DNA of 64,000 bases, from positions 48,369 to 112,368 of the forward strand of contig JAEWMS010000066.1 of NCBI GenBank assembly GCA_023393115.1, given 5' to 3'. Origin of the DNA: Bacillota bacterium. Lineage in GTDB: Bacteria > Bacillota > Clostridia > Acetivibrionales > DSM-1351. Positions 11,921-21,809 of the stretch are shown in pieces (position 1 is the first letter of the stretch; the number at the start of each line of letters is the position of its first letter). The position numbers were made by a program, and so were the translations under genes. Under the pieces are notes generated by a model. That model saw only the letters and a program-made list of their open reading frames with translations. It was not told the origin of the DNA and made no database searches.

Positions 11921-13120
11921 ATGAGCAGAAGTAGTATTTTCAGCGGAATGCCTTTGGAATCTAAAAAACTCTTGAGCTTAATTCTGCATGATCAGCCTTT
12001 AACAAAAAGTGCACTGTCAGAGTTGTCGGGTTTAAAGCTGACAAGTCTCAGCAGAATGATGCAGCCTCTTGAAGAATTAAAACTAATTACCGGATCGGAG
12101 ATAGGCGAATCCACCGGAGGAAGAAAACCGGTTTTATATGATATAGATTCCAGAAAATATTATATCATCGGCATAGACATATCAAGAACCTATACACAAA
12201 TTGTATTAACAAACCTGAAGCTGCAGCCTGTAAAAAAGTACAGATTTGAAATGAACATTGAATCCACTCCAAAGTTAACACTAAGTATTATATTGAGTTG
12301 GATCAGAGAGGTTCAGGAAAGAATCACAAAGCAAAACGGAAGTATTATAGGAATGGGTGTTGGCACCGTTGGCCCCTTGGACAGAAACAGCGGTGTTGTT
12401 TTAAATCCGGAGAATTTTGAAGCCCCTGGCTGGGAAAACATTCACCTGAAATCAATTTTTGAAAAAAGACTGGAAATTCCGGTAGTAATTGATAATGGTG
12501 CTAACGCTGCAGTTTTGGCTGAGACCTGTTATGGGATAGGTAAGGGGATTAAAAATGTTATTTATATTAATTGTGGGATTGGTATCAGAACCGGATTAAT
12601 TTCCTCGGGGGTTTTTGTAAGAAATATAAACGACTCTGAAGATGCCTTTGCCCATATGATAATTGATGTTAACGGAGAAAAATGTTCCTGCGGTAACAGG
12701 GGGTGTATAGAAACTTACTCCTCCATATATTCAATAACCGAAAAATATAAAGAATTGAAAAAGCTCACTGCAGATCAGCTTCCGGATATACATTCCTATA
12801 TTGATATCTGTAAGGCAGCTGAAAACAGTGACAGCTCTGCCAGAAAAGTTATTCTGGAGGGGGCCGGCATATTGGGGGTTGGACTTGCAAATTTGATAAA
12901 ACTGCTTAATCCGGGAATAGTCATCTTGAGTGGACCTCTTATTAAGCACTCCAGACTTTTTTATGAAAAATCTACAGAAACTGCATTGGAGATAATTCGG
13001 ACTCAAGGTGAAGGAAAGCTTTTTTTCAGTAATGGGGGCTATTTCAACGAAAATGCAATTTCAATAGGAGCAGCTGCTCTGGTAATGGAATACTTTCTGG
13101 AGAACAGCAAATTAGTATAA
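11921..13120 (+). CDS. ROK-family transcriptional regulator
   Basis: N-terminal HTH with STGGRKP, DNGANAA, CSCGNRGCIE zinc motif. Confidence 0.85.
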   Translation: MSRSSIFSGMPLESKKLLSLILHDQPLTKSALSELSGLKLTSLSRMMQPLEELKLITGSEIGESTGGRKPVLYDIDSRKYYIIGIDISRTYTQIVLTNLKLQPVKKYRFEMNIESTPKLTLSIILSWIREVQERITKQNGSIIGMGVGTVGPLDRNSGVVLNPENFEAPGWENIHLKSIFEKRLEIPVVIDNGANAAVLAETCYGIGKGIKNVIYINCGIGIRTGLISSGVFVRNINDSEDAFAHMIIDVNGEKCSCGNRGCIETYSSIYSITEKYKELKKLTADQLPDIHSYIDICKAAENSDSSARKVILEGAGILGVGLANLIKLLNPGIVILSGPLIKHSRLFYEKSTETALEIIRTQGEGKLFFSNGGYFNENAISIGAAALVMEYFLENSKLV

Positions 13121-13156
13121 ATTAATATTTATTTAAAGATCGAAAGGACAATAAGT

Positions 13157-13867
13157 ATGGAACAATTGGATCTTAAAGCATTGAATAGCAAATACATCAG
13201 ACCTGAAGCTGTTTTCAGGTATATAGCAGAAAACTTCGATGTTTCTAAAATAGCATTGGCATCAAGTCTTTCCATTGAAGATCAGGTTTTGACACATATG
13301 CTTTTACAGGTGGAGCCCAAGGCGAGAATTTTTGTAATTGATACAGGAAGACATTTTCAGAAAACCTATGATCTTATGGAGCAGACCATGCTCAGGTATA
13401 AGTTCAAATATGAAGTATATGCTCCTGAAAGTAGGGATATTGAGGAATTGGTATCCAGTCTGGGGCCGAATTTCTTCTACGAAAGTGTTGAGCTGAGAAA
13501 AAAATGCTGTGATATCAGGAAGGTAAAGCCTCTGAAAAGAGTTTTGAGTACCGTTGATGGCTGGATATGCGGGTTGAGGAGAGAACAGTCACCCACCCGT
13601 CAGGATATTGAGATTTTTGAATGGGATTCCAGTAATTCAATATACAAGATAAATCCTATTGTACACTGGTCTGAAGAAGATGTATGGGCCTACATAAAAG
13701 AAAATAACATCCCATTCAGTCATTTATACAATACAGGCTTCCGGAGCATAGGCTGCCAACCCTGCACAAGAGCCGTTCAGGAAGGCCAGGATGTACGCAG
13801 CGGCAGATGGTGGTGGGAGGATCCTGATAAAAAGGAATGTGGTCTGCATATTGGAGGTCATAAATAA
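13157..13867 (+). CDS. cysH: Adenosine 5'-phosphosulfate (APS) reductase
   Basis: IDTG, CCDIRK and SIGCQPC (Fe-S ligands), RSGRW, ECGLH. Confidence 0.92.
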   Translation: MEQLDLKALNSKYIRPEAVFRYIAENFDVSKIALASSLSIEDQVLTHMLLQVEPKARIFVIDTGRHFQKTYDLMEQTMLRYKFKYEVYAPESRDIEELVSSLGPNFFYESVELRKKCCDIRKVKPLKRVLSTVDGWICGLRREQSPTRQDIEIFEWDSSNSIYKINPIVHWSEEDVWAYIKENNIPFSHLYNTGFRSIGCQPCTRAVQEGQDVRSGRWWWEDPDKKECGLHIGGHK

Positions 13868-13917
13868 ACGTGATATTAGTGAATTATTTTATCAACAAAT
13901 AAAATTTGGAGGATGTT

Positions 13918-14799
13918 ATGAATCATTTAGATAAGTTGGAAGCTCAGAGTGTTCATATACTCAGAGAAGCGTACAGGGAGTTTAAAAACATCTGTATGCT
14001 ATGGTCTATTGGCAAGGACAGTACGGTTCTGTTGTGGCTGGCAAGGAAGGCTTTTTTCGGACATGTGCCCATACCCCTGGTCCACATTGATACTCATTAC
14101 AAAATTCCTGAAATGATTCAGTACAGGGATGATCTAGCCTTAAAATGGAAGTTGACCATGGTTTATGGTGAAAATACCGAAGCTCTTACACAAAAGAAAA
14201 CCTTCCCCGATGGAAAGGTTGACAGAATAACCTGTTGTCAGTCACTAAAGTCAGAAGCCTTGAAAAATACCCTTTCTGGAGAATGGAACAGGTATGTAAT
14301 GGACCACAAGACAGGACAATACATACCAGACAAAAACAGAGAAAAGTATACCGGTGTAATTGTAGGGGTCAGAGCCGATGAAGAGGGTAGCCGATCCAAG
14401 GAAAGATATTTTTCACCAAGAGACAAGGAAAATGACTGGGATGTTGGGGATCAGCCCCCCGAATTTTGGAATCAGTTCAAAACAGATTTTGCTCCGGGAA
14501 CGCATATAAGAATTCATCCTCTGTTGGATTGGACTGAATTGAACATATGGGAATACATTGAACGTGAAAACATACCCATCACCTCCCTATACTTTGATCA
14601 GGGGGATGGAAAACGATACAGGTCACTGGGATGCTATCCATGTACAACACCGGTGGAATCCACATCAAAAAATGTCAGTGAAATCATTGAGGAACTAAAA
14701 AGCGGTAAGTTTGCAAACATTGCTGAAAGATCAGGCCGAGCCCAGGATAAGGACGACGGTGGAGGACTTGAGACGCTTCGCAGAGGAGGTTACATGTAA
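13918..14799 (+). CDS. cysD: Sulfate adenylyltransferase subunit 2
   Basis: [29 protein letters not shown]. Confidence 0.95.
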   Translation: MNHLDKLEAQSVHILREAYREFKNICMLWSIGKDSTVLLWLARKAFFGHVPIPLVHIDTHYKIPEMIQYRDDLALKWKLTMVYGENTEALTQKKTFPDGKVDRITCCQSLKSEALKNTLSGEWNRYVMDHKTGQYIPDKNREKYTGVIVGVRADEEGSRSKERYFSPRDKENDWDVGDQPPEFWNQFKTDFAPGTHIRIHPLLDWTELNIWEYIERENIPITSLYFDQGDGKRYRSLGCYPCTTPVESTSKNVSEIIEELKSGKFANIAERSGRAQDKDDGGGLETLRRGGYM

Positions 14800-16608
14800 A
14801 TGGATAACAGAGAACAGATGAACATAGTAATCGTAGGACATGTGGATCATGGTAAAAGTACCGTAATAGGAAGACTTCTTGCCGACACCGATTCACTGCC
14901 CGAGGGTAAGCTTGAATCAGTCAAGGAATACTGCAAAAAGAACTCAAGACCCTTTGAATATGCATTCCTGCTGGACGCTCTCAAGGACGAACAGGCGCAG
15001 GGCATTACCATTGACACCGCGAGATGCTTCTTTAAGACAACAATGAGAGATTATATCATTATCGATGCGCCTGGGCACATTGAGTTCCTGAAAAACATGG
15101 TAACAGGAGCCTCAAGAGCTGAAGCCGCACTTCTCGTAATTGATGCCAAGGAGGGGATAAAAGAGAACTCCAAGCGTCACGGACATATAGTGTCAATGCT
15201 GGGAATAAAGCAGGTGGTTGTTCTAGTAAATAAAATGGATCTCGTGGATTTTGATGATGAAGTATTTAAATCTATAAAATCAGAATTCACAGAGTTTCTC
15301 AATAAGATAAATATCAAGCCCCTTAACTTCATACCGATAAGTGCCTTTAACGGAGACAATGTGGCAGGAAAGTCTGAAAACACTATTTGGTATGAGGGGC
15401 CGACTGTTCTGGAACAGCTTGACAGCTTTGCAAACAAGAAAGAGAATCGGCAGCTGCCCTTTCGTATGCCGGTACAGGACATATACAAGTTTACCGAGGA
15501 GAACGATGACAGAAGAATTGTTGCAGGTACTGTGCTCAGCGGAACTGTTAAAGCCAGTGATGAGGTTATCTTTCTGCCTTCTAAAAAGAAAAGTGTCATA
15601 AACAGTGTAGAAGGCTTTAATACCGTGCCTACTGATACTGCATACGCTGACCAGGCTGTGGGCTTTACCTTAACAACCCAGATTTACATAAAGCCCGGAG
15701 AGCTGATGGTCAAGGTTGACGAAACCCAGCCTGTCCTGAGTTCGCGTTTCAGAGTAAATATATTCTGGGTTGGACATGTACCATTTATAAAAAATAAAAA
15801 CTACAAGTTGAAGATAGGCACAATGAGGATAGCTGTTAAGCTGGTAGAAATTTTAAACATAATTGATGCAGCCGAGCTTAATATTGATACCTTCAAAGAT
15901 CAGGTTGAGAGACACGATGTTGCCGAATGTATTCTGGAAACGGCCAAACCCATTGCTTTTGATGCCATTTCAGACATAGAATTGACAGGTAGATTTGTTA
16001 TAGTTGACAACTATGAAATTTCAGGGGGAGGAATAATTCTTGAGGGTGTCTCAGACAGTGACAACAGTCTTGTGGAACATATCAGGGACAGGGAATACCT
16101 CTGGGAAAAGGGACTTATTTCTGCTGCCCAAAGAGAAGAGGTATACGGACACAAGTCCAAGTTTATAGTTATCACAACAGGAAGTGAAGAAAACGAAAAA
16201 GTAATTCAGGACATAGGAAAAAAACTGGAAAACAGACTCTTTACACTGAACTACAAGGCATACTATCTTGGGGTATCCAGCTTATTGAACGGACTTGCAG
16301 CAGAAACCTCTCCTGATTATCTGGCAAGAGACAATCAGATTAGGCAGATTGGAGAACTGGCAAGAATATTCACCGATGCTGGACAGATTTTTATTACATC
16401 AGTATTCAATCTGGATGATTATGAAGCTGAGAAACTGAAATTACTGAACCAGCCAAATGAAATAATAATTGTCAACACGGGTGAGTCGTCTTTTAACAGT
16501 TTTAAACCTGACAGTAACATTAGTATTAATGGAACACTTGAGAATACGGTGGATTCCATATGTGATCTGCTCAAACAGCAGGAAATCATACTGGACTATT
16601 ATATTTAA
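14800..16608 (+). CDS. cysN: Sulfate adenylyltransferase subunit 1 with degenerate C-terminal APS-kinase-like domain
   Basis: [24 protein letters not shown]; about 180-aa tail resembling CysC without a P-loop. Confidence 0.93.
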   Translation: MDNREQMNIVIVGHVDHGKSTVIGRLLADTDSLPEGKLESVKEYCKKNSRPFEYAFLLDALKDEQAQGITIDTARCFFKTTMRDYIIIDAPGHIEFLKNMVTGASRAEAALLVIDAKEGIKENSKRHGHIVSMLGIKQVVVLVNKMDLVDFDDEVFKSIKSEFTEFLNKINIKPLNFIPISAFNGDNVAGKSENTIWYEGPTVLEQLDSFANKKENRQLPFRMPVQDIYKFTEENDDRRIVAGTVLSGTVKASDEVIFLPSKKKSVINSVEGFNTVPTDTAYADQAVGFTLTTQIYIKPGELMVKVDETQPVLSSRFRVNIFWVGHVPFIKNKNYKLKIGTMRIAVKLVEILNIIDAAELNIDTFKDQVERHDVAECILETAKPIAFDAISDIELTGRFVIVDNYEISGGGIILEGVSDSDNSLVEHIRDREYLWEKGLISAAQREEVYGHKSKFIVITTGSEENEKVIQDIGKKLENRLFTLNYKAYYLGVSSLLNGLAAETSPDYLARDNQIRQIGELARIFTDAGQIFITSVFNLDDYEAEKLKLLNQPNEIIIVNTGESSFNSFKPDSNISINGTLENTVDSICDLLKQQEIILDYYI

Positions 16609-16655
16609 GAAATATGAATATATAGAATTTATAAATCTATTGAGGAGGCATTTTC

Positions 16656-16868
16656 ATGAAAATTCAAGCAAACGGAAAAGAAGTAGTACTGGAAAAGGAG
16701 TTAACAGTAAAAGAACTGCTTGGTACACAGAACGTTGAGATGCAGGATTATGTGACAGTGCAAGTAAACGATGAATTTGTGAACAGAGATGACTTTGAAA
16801 CACTACTTGTGAAAGACGGAGATGTGGTTGAATTCCTTTACTTTATGGGAGGAGGTCAGCGTATATGA
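16656..16868 (+). CDS. ThiS-like sulfur-carrier protein with C-terminal extension (HcyS-like)
   Basis: Ubiquitin-fold pattern, DGDVVEFLYFMGGG-QRI. Confidence 0.88.
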   Translation: MKIQANGKEVVLEKELTVKELLGTQNVEMQDYVTVQVNDEFVNRDDFETLLVKDGDVVEFLYFMGGGQRI

Positions 16869-17680
16869 GTTTTTCAAATGAACAGCTTGAAAGATATTCA
16901 AGACATATTATTTTAAAGGAAGTTGGGGCTAAGGGTCAGAAAAAGCTTCTTAACTCAAAGGTACTTATTATTGGAACAGGAGGCCTTGGTGCACCGGCAG
17001 CAATGTTCCTGGCAGCAGCAGGTGTTGGCACAATTGGACTTGTTGACTTCGATGCTGTTGAGCTATCAAACCTGCAAAGGCAGATAATACACCTGACCAA
17101 GGATGTTGGCAAGCCAAAGGTTATTTCGGGCAAGGAAACCATTAACGAAATGAATCCTGACGTAGAGGTTGCAGTCTACAAGGAGTGGGTAAGTTCCTCA
17201 AACATTAAAGACATTATCAACGATAAAAATTATGATTTCATTATTGATGGTACTGACAATTTTCCTGCTAAATTCTTAATAAATGATGCATGTGTACTTA
17301 CCCAAAAGCCCTTTTCACATGCGGGAATAATAAGATTTCAGGGTCAGACCATGACATATGTTCCAGGCCAGGGGCCTTGCTACAGATGTGTATTTAATAA
17401 TCCTCCGCCTCCTGACGCAGTACCAACCTGCAAACAGGCAGGTGTTCTTGGAGTAATGGGAGGTATTATAGGAACCATACAGGCTACAGAAGCAATAAAG
17501 TATGTCCTTGGTGTTGGAGAATTACTTACCGGTAAGCTGTTAACCTATGATTCCCTTAAGATGGAATTCAGAAAAATAAACCTGCCAAATAATAAGAACT
17601 GTCAGGTTTGCGGTGAAAATCCATCAATTAAAACACTTATTGATTACGAACAGGCAGTCTGTGAATTAAAGCATACATAA
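16865..17680 (+). CDS. ThiF/MoeB-family sulfur-carrier adenylyltransferase (HcyF-like)
   Basis: RYSRH, GTGGLG, SNLQRQ, DGTDN, CYRC and CQVC. Confidence 0.92.
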   Translation: MSFSNEQLERYSRHIILKEVGAKGQKKLLNSKVLIIGTGGLGAPAAMFLAAAGVGTIGLVDFDAVELSNLQRQIIHLTKDVGKPKVISGKETINEMNPDVEVAVYKEWVSSSNIKDIINDKNYDFIIDGTDNFPAKFLINDACVLTQKPFSHAGIIRFQGQTMTYVPGQGPCYRCVFNNPPPPDAVPTCKQAGVLGVMGGIIGTIQATEAIKYVLGVGELLTGKLLTYDSLKMEFRKINLPNNKNCQVCGENPSIKTLIDYEQAVCELKHT

Positions 17681-17860
17681 TTTGTATTGACATAAATATT
17701 TGCCTTATCAAGACAGTTATTATGTAATGATATAAAATATTTATGGTAAAAAGTAAATTTTATCGAATGTTAAGGTTAAGAGAATTGTGCTACTATAAAA
17801 TAAATAAACCAGAGCTGGTGAATATCCTTGTGTTCTCAATATGGAAGGTAGGTGCTATAA

Positions 17861-18277
17861 TTGATTGTAATTAATCAAGAACAATATAATGAAATTTTGG
17901 AGCATTCCATTAAGGCTATTCCAAATGAAGCATGCGGTCTACTGGGAGGCATTGTTAAAAATGATATCAAATATGTCAGAAAAGTATATCTGCTTACCAA
18001 TACGGATTATAGCCCTGAGCATTTTTCCATGGATCCAAAAGAACAGTTTACCGCCGTCAAGGATATGAGAAGTAACGGATGGGTAATGCTGGGGAACTTT
18101 CACAGTCATCCGGCATCACCATCAAGACCTTCGGAGGAAGACAAAAGACTTGCTTTTGACCCTGAAGCCAGCTATTTCATCATATCTTTAATGGATGATA
18201 AGAATATTGTATTAAAAAGCTTTAATATCATAAAGAATGAGGTCCGTGAGGAACAACTTATAATAGAAGGTAAGTAG
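17861..18277 (+). CDS. JAMM/Mov34 (M67) metalloprotease (HcyD-like)
   Basis: PNEACG, FHSHP..PSRPSEED; TTG start. Confidence 0.9.
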   Translation: MIVINQEQYNEILEHSIKAIPNEACGLLGGIVKNDIKYVRKVYLLTNTDYSPEHFSMDPKEQFTAVKDMRSNGWVMLGNFHSHPASPSRPSEEDKRLAFDPEASYFIISLMDDKNIVLKSFNIIKNEVREEQLIIEGK

Positions 18278-18366
18278 AGGCTATTACACAACAGGATACA
18301 GTCATTGTGTAATTTTATTACCAGGGTATATCCGGGCTCTCTTTTACCGGAAATGGAGAAAAGAAT

Positions 18367-19230
18367 ATGGCACAGGTGGATTATAAGGAATTGAAAAAAG
18401 GCGGTTTTATGCGCCAGAAGCAGAAAGACAACTTTTCTTTGAGACTTGGCATTATCGGAGGACAGATACAGGCTGACCAATTGCTTAAGGTTCATGAAAT
18501 AGCAAAGAAATATGGTCACGGTTATGTACATATGACTTCAAGACAAAGTATAGAAATCCCTTTTATAAAACTTGAGGATGTTGAGGCTGTAAAGGCAGAA
18601 CTTGCAGAGGTAAATTTGCAACCGGGAGTCTGCGGACCAAGGGTAAGGACCATAACTGCCTGTCAGGGCAGTGAAGTATGTCCAAACGGTATTATCGACT
18701 CCACAAAACTGGCTTATGAATTTGATAAACGCTACCACGGTAAAGAGCTTCCTCATAAGTTTAAGTTCGGAATTACTGCATGCTGCAATAACTGTCTTAA
18801 AGCCGAAGAAAACGATCTCGGGGTAAAAGGTGGAGAAAAGGTTGAGTGGAAAGAAAATAGTTGTACCTTCTGCGGTTTGTGTGAAGTAGTTTGCCGTGAG
18901 AAGGCAATATCCGTCGATAAGAAAGATAAAAAGCTTGTATTCAATGAAGAGGCCTGCAACTATTGTGGGAGATGTGTAAGAGCCTGTCCGACAGAGGCAT
19001 GGGAAGGTAAAAGCGGATTTATACTTTACTTTGGAGGCTTGTTTGGAAACAGGATAGCCATAGGTAAGAAGCTTCTGCCAATTGTATTTACAACTGAAGA
19101 ACTTTTCAAGGTTGTAGATGTTACACTGAAATTTTATGAAAAACACGGCAAGCCCAGCGAACGCTTCAGAAACACTATAGATAGAGTGGGTTGGGAACTG
19201 CTTGAAAAGGAAGTTTCAAATGTAATGTAA
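18367..19230 (+). CDS. Small siroheme sulfite reductase with inserted 2x[4Fe-4S] ferredoxin domain
   Basis: TSRQSIE, CQGSEVC and CCNNC siroheme/Fe-S motif, two CxxCxxCxxxC clusters. Confidence 0.85.
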   Translation: MAQVDYKELKKGGFMRQKQKDNFSLRLGIIGGQIQADQLLKVHEIAKKYGHGYVHMTSRQSIEIPFIKLEDVEAVKAELAEVNLQPGVCGPRVRTITACQGSEVCPNGIIDSTKLAYEFDKRYHGKELPHKFKFGITACCNNCLKAEENDLGVKGGEKVEWKENSCTFCGLCEVVCREKAISVDKKDKKLVFNEEACNYCGRCVRACPTEAWEGKSGFILYFGGLFGNRIAIGKKLLPIVFTTEELFKVVDVTLKFYEKHGKPSERFRNTIDRVGWELLEKEVSNVM

Positions 19231-19295
19231 TATATGTAACTATTTTGTGGCCAAAATCTTGGCTCAAAGCCACTAAAGTGGCTAAGGAGGTTAAT

Positions 19296-19544
19296 ATGTC
19301 AAATATAAAAGCTGACGATTTTGTTGATATAACTGACGTAGTCTGTCCAATTACCTTTGTAAAGGCAAAGGTTGCCTTGGAAGAGTTGGAAGACGGTCAG
19401 ATACTGGAAGTAAAAATGAATGAGGGAGAACCTATTCAAAACGTGCCCAGAAGTTTTAAGGATGAAGGCCATAAGGTGCTCAATGTTGTTAATAATGAAG
19501 ACGGAACCTTTACTGTATTTGTTGAAAAGGGTGGTCTGTTATGA
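19296..19544 (+). CDS. TusA/SirA-family sulfurtransferase
   Basis: DITDVVCPIT, GEPIQNVP; start at ATG 19296 after AAGGAGG. Confidence 0.88.
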   Translation: MSNIKADDFVDITDVVCPITFVKAKVALEELEDGQILEVKMNEGEPIQNVPRSFKDEGHKVLNVVNNEDGTFTVFVEKGGLL

Positions 19545-20773
19545 GGTTTAATACTGCACTTCTTCATGGCGAATTTGCAGCAGATGGTAAAACCGGTGCT
19601 ACAACAATTCCCATTTACCAGTCTTCCGCCTTTGAACAGGAAACAGCAGAGAAGCTGGAAAACGTTTTTAAAGGGCGTGAACCTGGCTTTATATATACAA
19701 GAATAAGTAACCCTACAATTGAAGCTTTTGAAAAAAGAATCTCCTTACTGGAAGGCGGTGTCGGTGCAGTTGCCTGTTCCTCAGGTATGGCGGCAGCTAC
19801 CCTAGCACTGTTAAATATCACAAGAAGCGGAAAAGAGATAGTCTCGGGCAGTGGTATTTTTGGTGGCACATATTCATTATTCAGTTGTTTTGAAGACATG
19901 GGTATTACTGTAAAATATGCAATGGACAATTCTATCAAAAGCTTTGAGGAAAACATTAATGATAAGACCAGAGCTATATATGTTGAGACCATAGGAAACC
20001 CCAAATTGGATGTATATGATATAAAAGCGTTGTCTGAACTGGCTCATAGCCACGGGCTTCCTCTCATAGTTGATAATACGGTAACGACGCCTTATCTTGT
20101 AAAGCCTTTAAAACTTGGAGCAGATATAGTAATTCACTCAACATCAAAATATATTAATGGTAGTGGTAATTCCATCGGAGGAATTATTGTTGACGGAGGG
20201 AAGTTCAAATGGGATTTTGAAAAATTTCCTTCACTGAACGCATATAAAAAATTCGGAGGCTTTGTTTATCTGGCAAAACTCAGAAAGACGCTATTTAAAG
20301 ACTTCGGCGCTTGTATGGCACCTTTTAATGCATATCTCAGCAGTCTCGGCCTGGAAACCATGGCTTTGAGAATGGACCGTCTCTGCAGCAACGCATTAGA
20401 GCTGGCTAAAACACTTCAAGACCACCCAAAAGTGGCTGCAGTAAATTATCCCGGTCTGGAGGGATCCAAGGATTTTGAAATCTCAAGAAAACAGTTTGGA
20501 GATAAATTCGGAGCCATTCTTACAATCCGGGTAGGCTCAAAGGAAAATGCCTTCAAGCTTATAAATTCCTTGAAATATGCCTATAACCTCTCAAATATCG
20601 GCGATGTCAGAACACTTGTAATCCACCCTGCGTCTACCATTTATGCCACCAATACTATTGAAGAAATGGAAAAGATGGGTGTTTATGATGACCTGATCCG
20701 TATTAGTGTAGGTATTGAGGATTTTGAAGATATTAAGGAAGATTTTGAACAGGCTTTGGGCATGGCCAATTAA
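19541..20773 (+). CDS. O-acetylhomoserine sulfhydrylase-like PLP enzyme (second MetY/MetZ paralog)
   Basis: YTRISNPT, SSGMAA, HSTSK, NIGDVRTLVIHPAST. Confidence 0.85.
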   Translation: MRFNTALLHGEFAADGKTGATTIPIYQSSAFEQETAEKLENVFKGREPGFIYTRISNPTIEAFEKRISLLEGGVGAVACSSGMAAATLALLNITRSGKEIVSGSGIFGGTYSLFSCFEDMGITVKYAMDNSIKSFEENINDKTRAIYVETIGNPKLDVYDIKALSELAHSHGLPLIVDNTVTTPYLVKPLKLGADIVIHSTSKYINGSGNSIGGIIVDGGKFKWDFEKFPSLNAYKKFGGFVYLAKLRKTLFKDFGACMAPFNAYLSSLGLETMALRMDRLCSNALELAKTLQDHPKVAAVNYPGLEGSKDFEISRKQFGDKFGAILTIRVGSKENAFKLINSLKYAYNLSNIGDVRTLVIHPASTIYATNTIEEMEKMGVYDDLIRISVGIEDFEDIKEDFEQALGMAN

Positions 20774-20877
20774 CCTCCTTTATTCGCCTAACAGCAGATT
20801 TCGGAGGAAAAGTTTCATAAACATTTTATGGCCGCTATTATGGCTCAAAGCCACTTACAGTGGCTTAGGAGGTTAAT

Positions 20878-21774
20878 ATGATTTATGATGTAATTATTGT
20901 GGGGAAGGGTCCGGCTGGTTTATCGGCGGCCCTTTACACAGTTCGTGCAAATCTCAAAACGCTGGTAATAGGAAAAAACAGCAGCGAGTTACTAAAGGCA
21001 CATAAAATAGAGAATTATTTCGGGTTTACAGAACCTATCAGCGGAGGCGAGCTTTTAAAGGCCGGAGAACTTCAAGCCAAAAGGCTTGGAGCTGATATTG
21101 TCGAGGAAGAAGTTCTGGGAATAAACCAAAATGAGGATTTTGAAGTCATAACCACAGAAAAAAGTTACACAGCTAAAACAGTTCTGCTTGCCACCGGACA
21201 GCCTCAAAAGAGACTGAACATTGATGGACTTAAAAAACTCGAGGGTATCGGCGTAAGCTATTGCACTACCTGTGACGGTTTCTTTTATAGAAATCTTAAG
21301 GTTGGTGTACTTGGACATAAGGATTTCGCTGTTCATGAAGCAGAGGAGCTTAAACCCTTCACTTCAAACATAACAATTTATACAAACGGCAAAGAGCTTG
21401 AGTACAGTGGTAATTACAGCAGTTTGCATGAAAAGTATAAAATAGTAGACAAGACTATTTTAAAGCTGGAAGGTAAGGATTATCTTGAGAAAATCCATTT
21501 TTCAGATGGCAGTGTTGAGAACATTGATGGCCTTTTTATTGCAAATGACAGCGCCTCAAGCACCGATTTTGCAAGAAAACTTGGAGTAATTACAGAGGGT
21601 GCATCAATTGTTGTTGATAAGGATCAAAAGACCAATGTAACAGGATTGTTTGCCGCAGGTGATTGTACAGGAGGCTTCAAGCAGGTGGCTACAGCTGTTG
21701 GTCAGGGAGCAATGGCAGCCAGAAAAATAATTGATCTTGTAAGAGAAAAAAATGCAAGAACAGAAGTTAAATAG
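20878..21774 (+). CDS. Thioredoxin reductase-like flavoprotein
   Basis: GKGPAG, LLATG, VSYCTTCDG, FAAGD. Confidence 0.85.
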   Translation: MIYDVIIVGKGPAGLSAALYTVRANLKTLVIGKNSSELLKAHKIENYFGFTEPISGGELLKAGELQAKRLGADIVEEEVLGINQNEDFEVITTEKSYTAKTVLLATGQPQKRLNIDGLKKLEGIGVSYCTTCDGFFYRNLKVGVLGHKDFAVHEAEELKPFTSNITIYTNGKELEYSGNYSSLHEKYKIVDKTILKLEGKDYLEKIHFSDGSVENIDGLFIANDSASSTDFARKLGVITEGASIVVDKDQKTNVTGLFAAGDCTGGFKQVATAVGQGAMAARKIIDLVREKNARTEVK

Positions 21775-21809
21775 ATAGCAAATGAATAGAGCATACAGGA
21801 CGGGGATTT

